Shown in pieces: positions 63,971 to 64,000 of a DNA stretch of 64,000 nt. A program made the translations under genes and the position numbers. Position 1 is the first letter of the stretch. Each line of letters starts with the position of its first letter. This DNA is from Chiloscyllium plagiosum (lineage: Eukaryota). The stretch is from assembly GCF_004010195.1 (NCBI RefSeq), contig NC_057719.1, positions 93,445,072 to 93,509,071 of the forward strand, written 5' to 3'. The notes beneath the pieces are model-generated. The model worked only from the letters and a program-made list of their open reading frames with translations. It did no database searches and was not told the origin of the DNA.

Positions 63971-64000
63971 GTAGCCTATCTCTGTCAATTCTATAAGTGA

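Larger units (their letters stand above)
61957..64000 (+). repeat. GPCR-exon cassette copy 3, distal part (proximal part at ~56250-57750)
   Basis: Direct homology to ~52430-54220. It resumes at the point where homology was interrupted at ~57750. Confidence 0.9.

Overview
This is eukaryotic, repeat-rich DNA, not prokaryotic. The repeat families (CR1/HER1 LINEs, HE1 V-SINEs, SacSINE1-like SINEs, Penelope-derived palindromic elements) point to a cartilaginous fish, probably an orectolobiform shark (inference). I see no complete protein-coding gene. The window opens with a ~2.4 kb satellite of a 39-bp unit. Most of the rest is a mosaic of old segmental duplications. Block A (4440-9640) is inverted at 35820-41380. 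Block B (10150-15250) is a direct copy at 32570-35750. A ~6 kb cassette occurs three times: 25105-31165 (minus), 49475-55690 (plus) and 56250-64000 (plus, split by a near-full-length CR1). Each cassette holds a dead Harbinger Myb/SANT gene, an LTR-like relic and the first coding exon of a GPR139/GPR142-like class A GPCR. Only the copy at 53936-54194 looks intact (YYPILAIAGVP followed by a GTAAGT donor). I could not find the large 7TM second exon anywhere in the window. The three first exons carry 1, 2 and 5 copies of a 42-nt repeat whose units mostly begin with a strong-context ATG. Other notable items are degenerate hammerhead-ribozyme motifs in Penelope-type elements, an LTR with a tRNA-Pro primer-binding site, and a local inverted templated insertion. 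Family assignments come from recalled motifs and alignment by eye; no database search was run, and repeat boundaries are approximate.
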